Shown piece after piece: positions 1 to 11,968 of a stretch of 64,000 nucleotides of DNA. Under the pieces are notes generated by a model that did not search any database, was not told where the DNA came from, and was given only the letters and a program-made list of their open reading frames with translations. The translations under genes were made by a program, and so were the position numbers. How positions within the stretch are numbered: position 1 is the stretch's first letter; each line of letters starts with the position of its first letter. The stretch is from Alloascoidea hylecoeti (taxonomy: Eukaryota), in NCBI GenBank assembly GCA_001600815.1, contig BCKZ01000006.1:248001-312000 (forward strand), given 5' to 3'.

Positions 1-3000
1 TGGAAGAATCTTTTCCTAGAGCCATTTGTGATGTATTAATACAATGAATACCGTTATCCAAAATTAGATAGAATTTAGCATCATGTTCTGGAATATCTGG
101 TAAATCAATATTCTTAATGCTTCCAATACGAACATATAGCCTACCACGTTCTTTAACCGGCATCCTTTCAGCATTAGATGACACCATTGACTTATTTGAT
201 TTTTGCTCTTTTAGATCTGGGGTTGAAGCAGTCTTGGGTGGGACGGAAGCAGGTGCAGTTTTAGCTGGCTTGATTTCAAGTTCAGCGGCCTCAATTTCAG
301 AATCTTCAGAACCTCTAGCGATTTTGAACTCAACAGGATCAGATAAAAGTGTTTCTAATGTCATTCCATGAGCGTTTTTATAAGATCCACCATCTATTAA
401 TAATGAGCTATGTTTTGTGACTCTATCTCTTTCATTGGGACCACGTTTCTTAACAATAACAGTTTGAGTAGAAAATTGGCTTGCATCACTTTGTCTTGAA
501 TGATCAAAGGCACTTGGAGGTTCTAAACCAGCAATCAACGAAGCTCTAATCTTTGGTGGAATAGCACTTGGTAAATTAAACCCATCTTTAGAAGGTATTA
601 AAGATGTAGAAGCTTCTTGCGGGCTACGAAGTGCCTTCTCGATCTCTTGACGTTCACTAGGTGTTAATTTTGTAGTGGTTGAATTTCCCATACCGGAATC
701 TGCGATACCTTCACGGTTTCTTGTATACAATTCATGACTACTAGATCTTCTGGATCTTTTAATTGATGCTTCACTTGTGCGGGATTTATATGCCTTTGCA
801 ATAATTACTGTTTTATCCTCTCTTAAGGCGTATCCTCGCTGTTGAACTGACATGATTTTATCAAATTCCAAGTCCATATGACCAAAGAAATCACTACTAT
901 CTTCCTCTTCAAAGCTTGGTAAGTCTAATAATGGTACAGGATCACTTTGAATATCTGCAAGAATTGCACTACCTAGTCCAATACTATCTTCAAACTCGGA
1001 ACCAAAAGTAGTATCACCTCCAAATTCACCTGAAACTTCAGCGGCTTGTTCAAGAGCATGTGCATGTTTATCAACCAAAGCACTACTAACCTTTTTCGAT
1101 AACTCATTTGATTTCCATTGTGTTACCTCATCACTTACTTTTCTTCTAGTAACTGAAATCTTCCTAACTTCACTAGGAGTAATACTTGGTCTTAATCTGC
1201 TTGACCCTTTAGTTGCATTAGCTAATCTAAGAGTAGGTGGTGCCATAGAGCCAAAAGATTTAGCTTCACTCTTTATTTTTGGAGAATTATTATTCCAGAT
1301 ATCGCTAACTTCAGATGATAAACTGGAAGAGCTTTTAGGCATATTATCTCTTAACCCAAGAGATGGAGGTGCTAAATCTAAGGCATCAGATTCCATTGAA
1401 TTTTCATTCGGACCAAAATCAATTCCTAAAGATTTGAATTCGTTTGTGAATGTAGCTAAAGGATCCCCTTCCTCATGATCAAAACCAGGTAAGGATAAAT
1501 CTAGGTGTGAAAAAGGCAATGATGTACGCTGCTTTGGTTCATCATCATCATCATCATCATCATCGTCGTCATCATCATCATCATCATCATCGTCATTATC
1601 TTTGCCTTCTTCTTCGTCTTCATCATCAACCCATCCGTGTTCGTCTTCTTCTTCTTCTTCTTCTTCTTCTTCTTCTTCTTCTTTTTCTTCTTCTTTTTCT
1701 TCTCCCCCCTCCTCTTCCTCTTCATGAACTTTCTGTTGCTCACTTTCAGTATCACTACCATGATGTATATCCGAAGCTTCTTTCAAAATCTCAGCTTCAT
1801 CATAAATTCCAGGTTTATTATGAGAATCTTGTTTATATGGAACAGGAATATCATCTTCATAATTACTACTAATATCTGAGACATCATCAATACTATTATC
1901 ATTTTTACTAAAATAATGATTATCATTTGCTGGATATTCTTTCTTAGCCTCTAATAAAAGTTGTTCTTCCAAAAATAAAGAATCATTAAAAGATTTATCT
2001 AACGGTTCAGTCTTAACACTACGTTGCCATGCTTCATCATCATCTTCTTGTTTAACCAAATAAGAATTTGGTTCTTTTTCAAATTCAAATGCATCAGTAG
2101 GTTCAGATTTGACGTCAATAGAATCTTTATAATTTATCTCCTCACTTGGAATTTCAGAATGTTTCTCAGGTTGATGATAAAACGGAGATTCCTCATCCCT
2201 TAGCATCATAATCATTGAATTTCTAACGTCATTTCTTGGTATTCTAATACTTTTAATAACATTACTTGGGGTTTCAGTTCTCATGATCCTTTCATCATCT
2301 TCTAATTCATTTCCAGATAAATCATTTGAAAGTAATAAATCATCATTAATAGAAGCCGTTGAATTTCTAACTTCTGATTCATAAATACTTGCATTACCAA
2401 AGTTTAATTGTAATTTTTTAAGCTGTGGTTGTGGTTCAGTTTTTATTATATCGTATTCATTTGTTGCTGTGACCTTATATAATGAATTAGAAGGCGCATC
2501 ATTAGATGAATTTTCTTTTAAATTTAGATTAATATTAGCTGCTTCAGTTGTATCAGTTATAATAGAATCATCATTGCCATTATCATCATGATTATCAATA
2601 TCTCTTGAAACATTTGGTGATTGTAATGGATCCATAACTGGCATTTTTATATCACTTTCACTATTAATACTTGAATCTTGACTATCAAAACTATCATTTG
2701 AATTAATATTAAAAGGTGGTGGGGGTGGTAAAGGACGATGATGAACACTTGTTGTACCAGTATTAGAATTGTTCATTAAATTTGAGTCCCATGATGACTC
2801 CAATTGCCCATTTGCATCATCATCAGATGAATACGCATCTTCTTCATCTAATAATGACTGTTCAGGAGTTAATTGTTCATATTCAACAACTTTTGGTGAT
2901 TCACTTTCAAATGAAACGATTTTTTTCATGGGTGAAGTATTTGAAGAATGTAAAATTCTTGGACCACGTAATCTTTTTATTGGATTATTTGGACCAACAC

Positions 3001-3641
3001 TACCATTAATCATTATATTACTTACAAGGTCATTACTATTCATTCTATGAATAATTCCATGTGATGATGAACTAGCATTTGTGCTTGAATTTACATTCTT
3101 ATTTTTATTTGAGCTTGCGATGGGAGTTGGAGTTGCAGGGATATCCTGAGGCACAGATTGATTTTCATCTTGATGATTATTGGTATTATCAATTATACTG
3201 GTGTTGTTTACATCTTGAAATTCTGAAAATTGTGGATCATCATTATTATTAGATTCCAAATCTAAATTAGATTGTTTGATAGTAAGTAAATTAGGAGATG
3301 GAGTATTATCTGCACTACTTGAAATAAAAACAGGTGTACTTGTCGGACTTGAATTATTCAAATTATCATTATTGTTGTTAAATTGGAATTGAACACTATT
3401 TCTATGGAATAAAGGAGATGGAGATGGAGTTGAAGGCTTCAGAGGAGTTCCTTTATTTTCCTTTTCCAGTTTTGACCAAAAAGATCTTATATCCCTTGTT
3501 CGCTGAGTAGGTTTTGGAGTAGCTAATTAAAAAGTTAGAGCAAGGTAAATAACATACATGTAGCATACTATACATACGTGTCTTATGGAGTGTCAGAGGC
3601 CTGACAGATTCCATAGCATCCTGCTTATCGTTCATAGACAT
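1..3641 (-). CDS. BUD4: Bud4/Int1-family anillin-related septin-ring protein, 5' part (runs off window start); exon1 3641-3578, intron 3577-3523, exon2 3522-<1
   Basis: Minus frame near position 1 reads KERGRLYVRIGSIKNIDLPDIPEHDAKFYLILDNGIHCINT, the conserved Bud4/Int1 segment. The same frame holds at the acidic tract and at the exon-2 start (not every codon between was checked). GTATGT...CTCTAAC...TAG intron joins the ATG exon in frame. Absent from the ORF track because it has no stop inside the window. Confidence 0.85.
1538..1725 (-). repeat. Trinucleotide microsatellites (GAA)n and (GAT)n encoding poly-Glu and poly-Asp tracts in Bud4
   Basis: Plus strand shows (tca)n and (tct)n runs; in the Bud4 frame they read as E-rich then D-rich tracts. 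Confidence 0.9.
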
Positions 3642-5766
3642 GGAGGAAAATGAAAATAAACTTGAGGCAGATGGAAAAGTTATTAACAGTTAAGAGAAAA
3701 GAAAAGCAAAGGGGAACGGAGGAGGAAAAAAGAGATTAAAAAGATGTTTGGAAGAATCAACTATTTTAATGTTTACCGTTGCCTGTTTTACGCTTAATGT
3801 CGCGTTGTCTGGGCGACTATGACAGCTAAAACAACCGATACAATAATAATGGTAGGCATTAAGCAAGAAGTAATAAATAATATAAGTAATTAAAGGTCAA
3901 AAAATATTCTAAACCATCGTATTTATTGTCATATTGTTCTATTTTCCTTCTTTCGTTATGGTTGTTGACATTAAATCTTTGTTATGATTATAGTTAAAGG
4001 CTACCACATTTTGCACGTTGTATTGAAATAACGCTAATTTATCCCTCCAATCTCAAACCTTACATTTAAATTTTAAAATTCAATGTTTCTGATGCATTGT
4101 CTCACGGGCTTATAAATAAATTCGTAGATCTAGATTACTTATTTTATAATGAAGCAATTGTAAGAAATCTACTCCTTTTTGCAAGTTTCAGGCACATATA
4201 TATTCTTCTTAAGAGTTTTGCGGTTTGGGCTGTATGTCTGCGACTATGCGATCCTGGCTATTACTACACCAAGGTTAAATCTAATCAAACTAGTTAGGCA
4301 CCATCTAGGAAATATAAATAATGTTTTAATGGAATTAAAATTTGAAATCTCTCATTCAGAAAGACACTTTTCGTTTTGTGGAATGAATTGGAATGAAGTT
4401 TCGATACATTATTCATACCTATCATCTCGTATATTATTGTCATTAAATATCTATCTAGAACAGAAAACCTAGCTAGCTAATAGTTTATAGGTATTTTTGT
4501 CGTTGAAACAAATTAATTATTGATTTGAATATGAATATAAAATTTTAGCTTGCATGCTTAATATTATTGCTTATAAAGTAATATAAACCCATGATCATGA
4601 GAATTTCTTGCAGTTAACAAAATATAAAAAACCTGAAGACACTTTCATATGGTGCGTGTCACTTAACATGAACAACTTTTTTTATCGCGCGAAATCCTGG
4701 TCTCCCGAAAATATGTATGCATCTGTACATACTACGCTATGAGGAAATATCTCAGTATACATATGCATGCACTAATCTAAATGAGGTATGCAGAATATAA
4801 TTATTGCCCGTATTGCACGTGAGTATATTCAAACGTGACTCTACGACAACCACAGTATTTGTGGTCCGGAAATTTGGAGCCCTATACGAAATAACTATAC
4901 AGTATAGGGGTGATTTTCCTATAGGTTGTGTTCATTTAAGTGACGCGCACATAAATATATAAAGAGATTAGTTTTAAGATTATTCGTGATCAATATTACA
5001 AGCTTATTTTCACAAGTATGGATATTATTGGATAATAACGATAAATTATAATTATATAAACTCCTAAAAGGAAAAGTATTTGAAGGAATAATAATCATAT
5101 TAAGAATAATCATCAAATTACAATTTAATATTGATCAGATATCGATAATAAATTTAAATTTAAACTTAAATTTAAACTAATAAATGAGTAACAAAATAAT
5201 AATAATCCCATTATTTAAGTTAAATTAATAAAAACAAAGAGATTCAAAGATAAAGAAAAAAATATATGTATGAAAAACATTTTAATAAAAAGCATCCATT
5301 ATAAAAGGAAAACATTCGAATATTGGGGTAAAATAAAAAATTTTTATAATATAATTTATAAGAATAAAATGTTGTCACTAATAACTAAATTATAAATTGC
5401 AAACCAAGGAACATTTATAATGATAAAAATCTCCCAAGATGGAAATCCTAGCCAAATTGCAATTGAAATAACAGATTTAAGTATAGTTAAAAATACCAAC
5501 CAAATAATAACTAGCTGTATATAGCTTTGAATTTTAAAAGTTATGAATATTGGATGTAAATTCAAATTTTAATAAAGCATTTTAGAAAAGTAAATAATAT
5601 ATGATATGAATTAGAATGAACGGATGAATGATAATAAATCAAAAGTTTACGAATTCAAATGAATGATGATAAATCAAAAGGTTGAAAAGTTAATAATTCA
5701 GGATGAAAAGAAAAGAAAAATTCAACAAGCAATAAGAAATAGATTAAAAATCCCCAAAAAAATCAT

Positions 5767-7182
5767 TCATAATCTTCTTTTAGTTTCCTTACCACCATAT
5801 CTATCCCAACAATATAATCCAAAAATAGTTGCAACAACACCAACACCTTGTCCAAAATTACAACCTTTATCAAAATAAATAATTGAAACAATTATAATTA
5901 TAATTCTTTTCAATAATGATGCAATACTATAAGAAATTGGAGAGATCATACCTAATAAATGAAAAGCCAATTGTGATTGTAAAAAATGAGATAAACCATT
6001 TAATATAATATATCTATGTGGTATTGATATAGTTGATGTTGATGTTGATAATAATAATCTTGGTAATTCTGTTGTTAGAACTATTGGTAAAGTTAATGAA
6101 AATCCAATTATTGAACAATAAAAAGATATTGATAATTTATCTAATTTTCCATTTCGATTTCCATTTATATTTCCTCCTTTTGTATATGTAACGCCATTTT
6201 CTATAATTGTTTCAATTTTCTTTTCATGAATTGGTAATGCATTATCCTTCTTTTCATTTGTTAAAATATTTTTAGCATATACATTTTGTATGACAAATAT
6301 CATCATTGCAAAAGCAGCACACATTAAGCCTTGCATATATTCCAATCCATCATGATCACGATAATTATTGCTCGTATTAATATTACTACTAAGATTTGTA
6401 TTTGTATTTGTATTTGTATTCTGAATTTTAATTTGATTTTGTTTTGGTTTATTACCATTAAAACAAACCATTGCAACACCACAAATTAGAGGTAAGAGAC
6501 ATAAATAAGTTTTCATCGAATATCTTACATTATAGAAGAATCTATAAATGAAAACAGTTAATAAAGGACTTGTAGATTTTATGATGTTAACAATTGAAAC
6601 TGGTATCTTTGATGTTGCATAATGAGATGATAAATGACCAACAAATTGAAAAATACCCATTGGTAATATAATCTTTAAAATCGCAACTGTTGGATGAGAT
6701 ATTGAAATGAAATTAAAAAATTTCAATAATGGTATATTTGTTTTATTAAATGAATTTTTCTTTGGAGGTAAGGAACCTGCGGGTAGATAATTTCGAATAG
6801 GAACGGGGATTATGTCAGCAAGCAGAATGGTAAAAGTTGAAAACAGCGCGACGAGTAAAAACTGCAGTTCTGTTGTAATGACGGGATACTTGAATTCGGT
6901 GAGGATGATTTTTGCAGAAGACGATGAGAATGACGACACTGTGTACCACAGAGCGCACATAAGCACCACCTTAAAGTTGATGTATTTAAGAATGTTGGAG
7001 GCGAAGGAGCTCACCTCAGGGGTTGCAAGGGACGTGTGAGACAACCTTGAAGAGAGTTCTAACGGGTTCAACGGTACGGCGTCGTCCACGGAATGCTTTG
7101 GGGGGGACGCCTGGGGGGACGAGACGGATGAGTTGTAGAAATGCAGTGTGTAGTCCATTTCCGGACTGGCACTTTCTAGCAT
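5767..7182 (-). CDS. Triose-phosphate/nucleotide-sugar transporter (SLC35E / Sly41-like, TPT family)
   Basis: Multi-TM protein with family motifs LWYTVSSFSSSSAK, LPMGIFQFVGHLSSH, KIPVSIVNIIKSTSP, QNVYAK, SPISYSIASLLKRI. First ATG is at 7182; the ORF-track start at 7242 is GTG. Confidence 0.85.
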   Translation of the reverse strand: MLESASPEMDYTLHFYNSSVSSPQASPPKHSVDDAVPLNPLELSSRLSHTSLATPEVSSFASNILKYINFKVVLMCALWYTVSSFSSSSAKIILTEFKYPVITTELQFLLVALFSTFTILLADIIPVPIRNYLPAGSLPPKKNSFNKTNIPLLKFFNFISISHPTVAILKIILPMGIFQFVGHLSSHYATSKIPVSIVNIIKSTSPLLTVFIYRFFYNVRYSMKTYLCLLPLICGVAMVCFNGNKPKQNQIKIQNTNTNTNTNLSSNINTSNNYRDHDGLEYMQGLMCAAFAMMIFVIQNVYAKNILTNEKKDNALPIHEKKIETIIENGVTYTKGGNINGNRNGKLDKLSISFYCSIIGFSLTLPIVLTTELPRLLLSTSTSTISIPHRYIILNGLSHFLQSQLAFHLLGMISPISYSIASLLKRIIIIIVSIIYFDKGCNFGQGVGVVATIFGLYCWDRYGGKETKRRL

Positions 7183-7389
7183 GCTGGACGAGAACGAAGG
7201 AGCGAGGGGAGAGGGTGAGGTACGGGAACGAGGGTGCAACACACTAAACGAGGGTCGAATTTAAGTAATCAGAAAATCATTTTTAGAAAATCATTTCTAT
7301 TTATACAACCTCGCACGTGATCCATCAAACCGCAAAAGCCACACGCATCTCGGTCTTTGTTTCCTGCATAATGCAATTACTAGTCGTAT

Positions 7390-9027
7390 TTAAAACCTAA
7401 ACTTACTATTCTCGTCTCTTTGGGCCCTGTTCTTGGACTCGCTCTCTATCAACGTATTCAGATTGCGTCGGAAATCCTCCTTTTCACCCTCTTCTACGCC
7501 TGTAGCTGTACCAGGCAGTTGGTATCCATGGTCCGTGGCCATAAATCCATCCCCAACCGATTTCCTTTCTTCTTTCAACACCTGATAAAGCTTTTTATTT
7601 GGCCGTGATTTCTCGATGCTATCACTGGCTTTACGTTTCCGAATATCGAAATCCAGAACTTCTTCCTCTATCTTGTCATTAATATCCGTAGTCTGTACTG
7701 GAATATCCTCATCTTCCACTTCTTCTTCTACCTCATCGGCTTCTTCCTCTACTTCGGATTCTGATTCAGACTCAGATTCTGATTCTGAGACACCTTCTTC
7801 AGCTTCACCCCATAATATTCGTATTTCGGGCTTCCCCATATTGGTAATCACTTCTTGTTTCACTAAACCAAACACATCCCCATATAAAGGAACATTATTC
7901 TCATCAACTGGTGGTCTACCATATCCACCAGGTGCAAACCCCCATTGTGCTCCCTTTGGAATGGGTGCATTTAATCCGGGTATCTTTAATCCAGGATAGC
8001 TAGGCGGTGGTCCAACTCTTTGCATTTGTAAAAGCCATGGTGGTGGTGCATTTGGTGGTATATTCAAAGCATTTTTTAATTTTGTTGATAAATACCCGGG
8101 TTTAAATTCACTAAAATCAACTTCATTTTCCTTTTGTTCATAATATAATTCTCCAAATTTATATAATTTTGGTTTAGTTTGAAATTTAAAAAATGCATCT
8201 CTTAATTTACCATAATCAATATCTAATTGATTCATTTTAACTTGAACTCTTTCTCTCATTTGTTGTTTTAAAGTTTTCCCATCATTAATATCTCCATTAC
8301 CAGTATTTCTCATTTCCATTATACCTGTATCTTCAATAAATTTAGGTAATTTAAAAGGTGGTTTTTCAATTCCTCTTTTTGATGATAAATAATCTCTTTT
8401 TAATTGCCAATGAGAAGGTATAAAAACACAATTTTTTAAATTTTTTAAATAAATTAGTAATTCAGGATTTGGTGAATCAACATCATACCATTCAACTAAT
8501 TCTGGTTTTTTTGATAATGTTTTTAAATGTGATAATGATATTTTATTTAATTTCTTTAATTTTTTTTTAGAAAGTTTAGGGGTTTCATTATCTTTATTAT
8601 CATCTTTTTTATCATCTTCATCTTCATCTTCTTCAACTTCATCATCACTATAGAAAACATCTCCTTTTGAATTATCAATATCATTTATATCTTCTTCTTC
8701 TTCAACAATTTGAAATTTTCGTATTATATTTTGAAATTCTAAATATTTTGGATCATTAAATATTAATTCATTGATATCACTACCATCTATTAATAATGAA
8801 CCTTTTTGAACTGCTTCACGATCTTTATCATTTAATGATCTATCGTATTGTAAATTATCATCATATTCATTTATATTTTCTTCTTTTATTGTTTCATGAC
8901 TAGATATTACTTCGTCATTATCTTTTTTAACTTCAACTTCAACTTCAGATACTTGTTTTTCGTGCTTTTTTTGTTTAGCTCTTTGTCGCCTTCTTTGATT
9001 CTTGGTTTGTTTACCTTGTGACATCAT
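7390..9027 (-). CDS. CUS1: U2 snRNP SF3b subunit 2 (SAP145/Cus1)
   Basis: PELVEWYDVD, PSHWQLKRDYLSSKRGIEKPPFKLP, IDYGKLRDAFFKFQTKP and the PSP domain PPPWLLQMQRVGPPPSYPGLKIPG; C-terminal KFRF. Confidence 0.95.
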   Translation of the reverse strand: MMSQGKQTKNQRRRQRAKQKKHEKQVSEVEVEVKKDNDEVISSHETIKEENINEYDDNLQYDRSLNDKDREAVQKGSLLIDGSDINELIFNDPKYLEFQNIIRKFQIVEEEEDINDIDNSKGDVFYSDDEVEEDEDEDDKKDDNKDNETPKLSKKKLKKLNKISLSHLKTLSKKPELVEWYDVDSPNPELLIYLKNLKNCVFIPSHWQLKRDYLSSKRGIEKPPFKLPKFIEDTGIMEMRNTGNGDINDGKTLKQQMRERVQVKMNQLDIDYGKLRDAFFKFQTKPKLYKFGELYYEQKENEVDFSEFKPGYLSTKLKNALNIPPNAPPPWLLQMQRVGPPPSYPGLKIPGLNAPIPKGAQWGFAPGGYGRPPVDENNVPLYGDVFGLVKQEVITNMGKPEIRILWGEAEEGVSESESESESESEVEEEADEVEEEVEDEDIPVQTTDINDKIEEEVLDFDIRKRKASDSIEKSRPNKKLYQVLKEERKSVGDGFMATDHGYQLPGTATGVEEGEKEDFRRNLNTLIESESKNRAQRDENSKFRF

Positions 9028-9140
9028 TTATTTGTTAAATGTAAACACATAAACAATAATTACGTTGTTGAGTACTAATGAATTTTTTGAATTAAGTTGT
9101 TCAAATAGTATGTGAGGGAGGTTTAGAAATTTACATTGGT

Positions 9141-9148
9141 TTACCCGG
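9141..9148 (+). promoter_or_regulatory. Reb1-type site TTACCCGG upstream of CUS1
   Basis: Exact Reb1 consensus 114 bp upstream of the ATG; the same motif recurs upstream of three other genes in the window. Confidence 0.55.
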
Positions 9149-10340
9149 ATTACATTTAATTCAATCCTGAATGTATCAAGCTTAAGATTTATAACTTCAA
9201 TCAATCAATATTTATAGGCCTAGCATGATAATCAGAGATAATTATAACACCCATTTAGTGTCTAAAGCCAATAGCATAATAATCGTGATCTCATATACTC
9301 TCCAGCTATAATTATATAATGATATCTAAATCCCACCAGTGGTTTCTGTGTTTTTCCTATAAAAATTTATACATATGCAATGAGTTTGTAGTCATTTTAT
9401 ATTTTATTTCATGCCTAGTTATTAAAAAGCTTAAAGTAATTGCTTTTTAACTCAATAAATGAATAAATAAAATGAAAAATGAAAAATGAAAAATAATAAA
9501 AAATAAGAGAAACAAATCATTAATATTAAAAAACTATAGAAATGCATTAATATTAATACAGTATTTATATGTCATGCATTAACTTTACAGTACGACCTTT
9601 AAAAAAATTTTTTATAGTTAACGTTAAAGGTTGACATCGTCTAATTTCAATGAAAATTTAAATTTTCCATTGTCACGTGGGATCCACTAACCGTTATCAT
9701 TGTAACTCTGCAGCTGAATCCGACGTTAATCTTGACAATTCATACATGTATTAAAATAAAAGTTGGTTCATGAATACGAAAGAAATATTACCAATCTTCT
9801 CATCTCAACCTTTCCAGATTTTATATCCAACTTACGGGGAAAGGAAAGTTCGAGAAATCCATGTTTTAAAATAATTATAATCTCTCCATGGATGTCTGGG
9901 TGTTTATATATCTACCCCGGAGAAAACCCTGAAAACCTTCCGGGGTATATGTTTGCTATATATATATTGATCATTAATGTATTTTTTTAAGGACAAACAG
10001 TAAAATTAGATTATGTGATCATGATCATGTAGGCAAAAATTATGTAGAATAATCCACGCCGCCACGGTATTTGTGGCCGTGATTGTTAATGATTGTTAGA
10101 GTGTTGTATTAACTGCACATGATACGGGTACTAGTTTTTACCAAATCAACCACCAACATCACCAGAAGATATGAGCTTACTAAATATTTTGAATAGTTAT
10201 ACTGTTTCTTCTAATAGATGTTTTCGATAATTTTCCATGTGTTCCTTTGTTTTCAATTCAAAGTTAGTAAGTCTCTTCTTCATTCTTGCCCCGTTTTTTA
10301 CGGGACATATTCATCTCTTACATAGGCATTGTATCATTAA

Positions 10341-11229
10341 CTACTGAGTTTTCTCTGAGTGATTTGACTNNNNNNNNNNNNNNNNNNNNNNNNNNNNNNN
10401 NNNNNNNNNNNNNNNNNNNNNNNNNNNNNNNNNNNNNNNNNNNNNNNNNNNNNNNNNNNNNNNNNNNNNNNNNNNNNNNNNNNNNNNNNNNNNNNNNNNN
10501 NNNNNNNNNNNNNNNNNNNNNNNNNNNNNNNNNNNNNNNNNNNNNNNNNNNNNNNNNNNNNNNNNNNNNNNNNNNNNNNNNNNNNNNNNNNNNNNNNNNN
10601 NNNNNNNNNNNNNNNNNNNNNNNNNNNNNNNNNNNNNNNNNNNNNNNNNNNNNNNNNNNNNNNNNNNNNNNNNNNNNNNNNNNNNNNNNNNNNNNNNNNN
10701 NNNNNNNNNNNNNNNNNNNNNNNNNNNNNNNNNNNNNNNNNNNNNNNNNNNNNNNNNNNNNNNNNNNNNNNNNNNNNNNNNNNNNNNNNNNNNNNNNNNN
10801 NNNNNNNNNNNNNNNNNNNNNNNNNNNNNNNNNNNNNNNNNNNNNNNNNNNNNNNNNNNNNNNNNNNNNNNNNNNNNNNNNNNNNNNNNNNNNNNNNNNN
10901 NNNNNNNNNNNNNNNNNNNNNNNNNNNNNNNNNNNNNNNNNNNNNNNNNNNNNNNNNNNNNNNNNNNNNNNNNNNNNNNNNNNNNNNNNNNNNNNNNNNN
11001 NNNNNNNNNNNNNNNNNNNNNNNNNNNNNNNNNNCAATCTATCTTTGAGAGTTGAAGGGGGCAACCCGGCGTCCATGGCAATCTGTCTGATTGACGTATT
11101 GGGCTCAACACGACTTCTTGCCATGGCTTACAGTATCTTCGCTTCTTTGTCACTTAATGCAAGTGCTGTGTGAGACCTTTTGGATTCGGTCATTGTTGGC
11201 ACTGTGAGAGATTTTTTGGATTTGGCCAT
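10341..11229 (-). pseudogene. Copy 1 of a pogo/Fot1 (CENP-B-like) HTH gene; in-frame TAA at 11128-11130, middle hidden by the assembly gap
   Basis: MAKSKKSLTVPTMTESKRSHTALALSDKEAKIL*AMARSRVEPNTSIRQIAMDAGLPPSTLKDRL...[gap]...KSNHSEKTQ*. Both gap flanks match copy 2 in inverted orientation (129/129 and 110/111 nt). Confidence 0.75.
10370..11034. other. Assembly gap (665 N), probably the collapsed identical middle of the inverted gene pair
   Basis: Flanks correspond to 12163 and 12735 of copy 2, which are separated by 571 nt. Inserting 571 nt gives copy 1 the same 795-nt length as copy 2. Confidence 0.85.
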
Positions 11230-11968
11230 TGCTGGTGGACAGTAGTGGTTGTGACAAAGAAAAAGAGGGATGATCGGGTAGTCTGATGTGTTTCGTAGCA
11301 ATGGGCCGGGCTTTTTACATTTGATCTCAGATTTTAATTCCCACTTCAACTTGCCTATTTTTGTTACGCAGGTAGTAAATGAAGACTCATAGAATCATTG
11401 TATTGATAGACAAACTGATATGAAAAGGTCATTCACTGATAAATAACTAGAAAAATAATGAAGAAGAGATTTCTTTACATTTAGGTTGGGGAAGGTCAAT
11501 TTTTCTTTACTCCAATTAAGTACTCCAATTAAGTAGTTACGGATGTATTATATGTATTATGTATTCTGGTAAATACTATCAATGAAAATTCTCATCTTTG
11601 CATGTTAAAATCTTGTACTAAAGAATGCTTTATATTCTACAAATAATTATATTAAAAACAACAAATTCGGTAGCTAAATAGCAAATATAAAAGAGAGCGA
11701 AATCAACCTCTGGCTCTATGTATATACCCCTTTCTTTTTACATCTTTATTTTGCTTACTATGCTACAGAATACTTATTTCTAGAACTATTAGTATTATTT
11801 ACACGTATTCAGCTAGCTTCACCCGCGAAAATTAACGTGGTATTTGCTCTACTGTTCTCAAAATAATTTAATGTTGTAATTTGAAGTTAGTAAGGGTTGT
11901 CCTATTATAACCGGCTACTCCAAAGAAATTATTTGCCCCTTAATATTTCACCGCTACAACAACCAAAA

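Noticed and set aside
1501..1879. Poly-Lys/Met, poly-His/Leu and poly-Phe ORFs
   Set aside because: Alternative-frame and antisense readings of the Bud4 microsatellites.
4097..5565. Short ORFs in the BUD4-TPT intergenic region, including a hydrophobic 69-aa ORF and a faint IYVPE integrase-like word
   Set aside because: Non-ATG starts, T-rich UTR-like composition and no sustained family similarity.
10286..11173. Three long ORFs spanning the N run
   Set aside because: Their length is an artefact of unknown bases; only the flanks are informative.
11508..11535. 13-bp tandem duplication TACTCCAATTAAG between the HTH genes
   Set aside because: Two copies only, consistent with simple slippage; no evidence it is a TSD or excision footprint.
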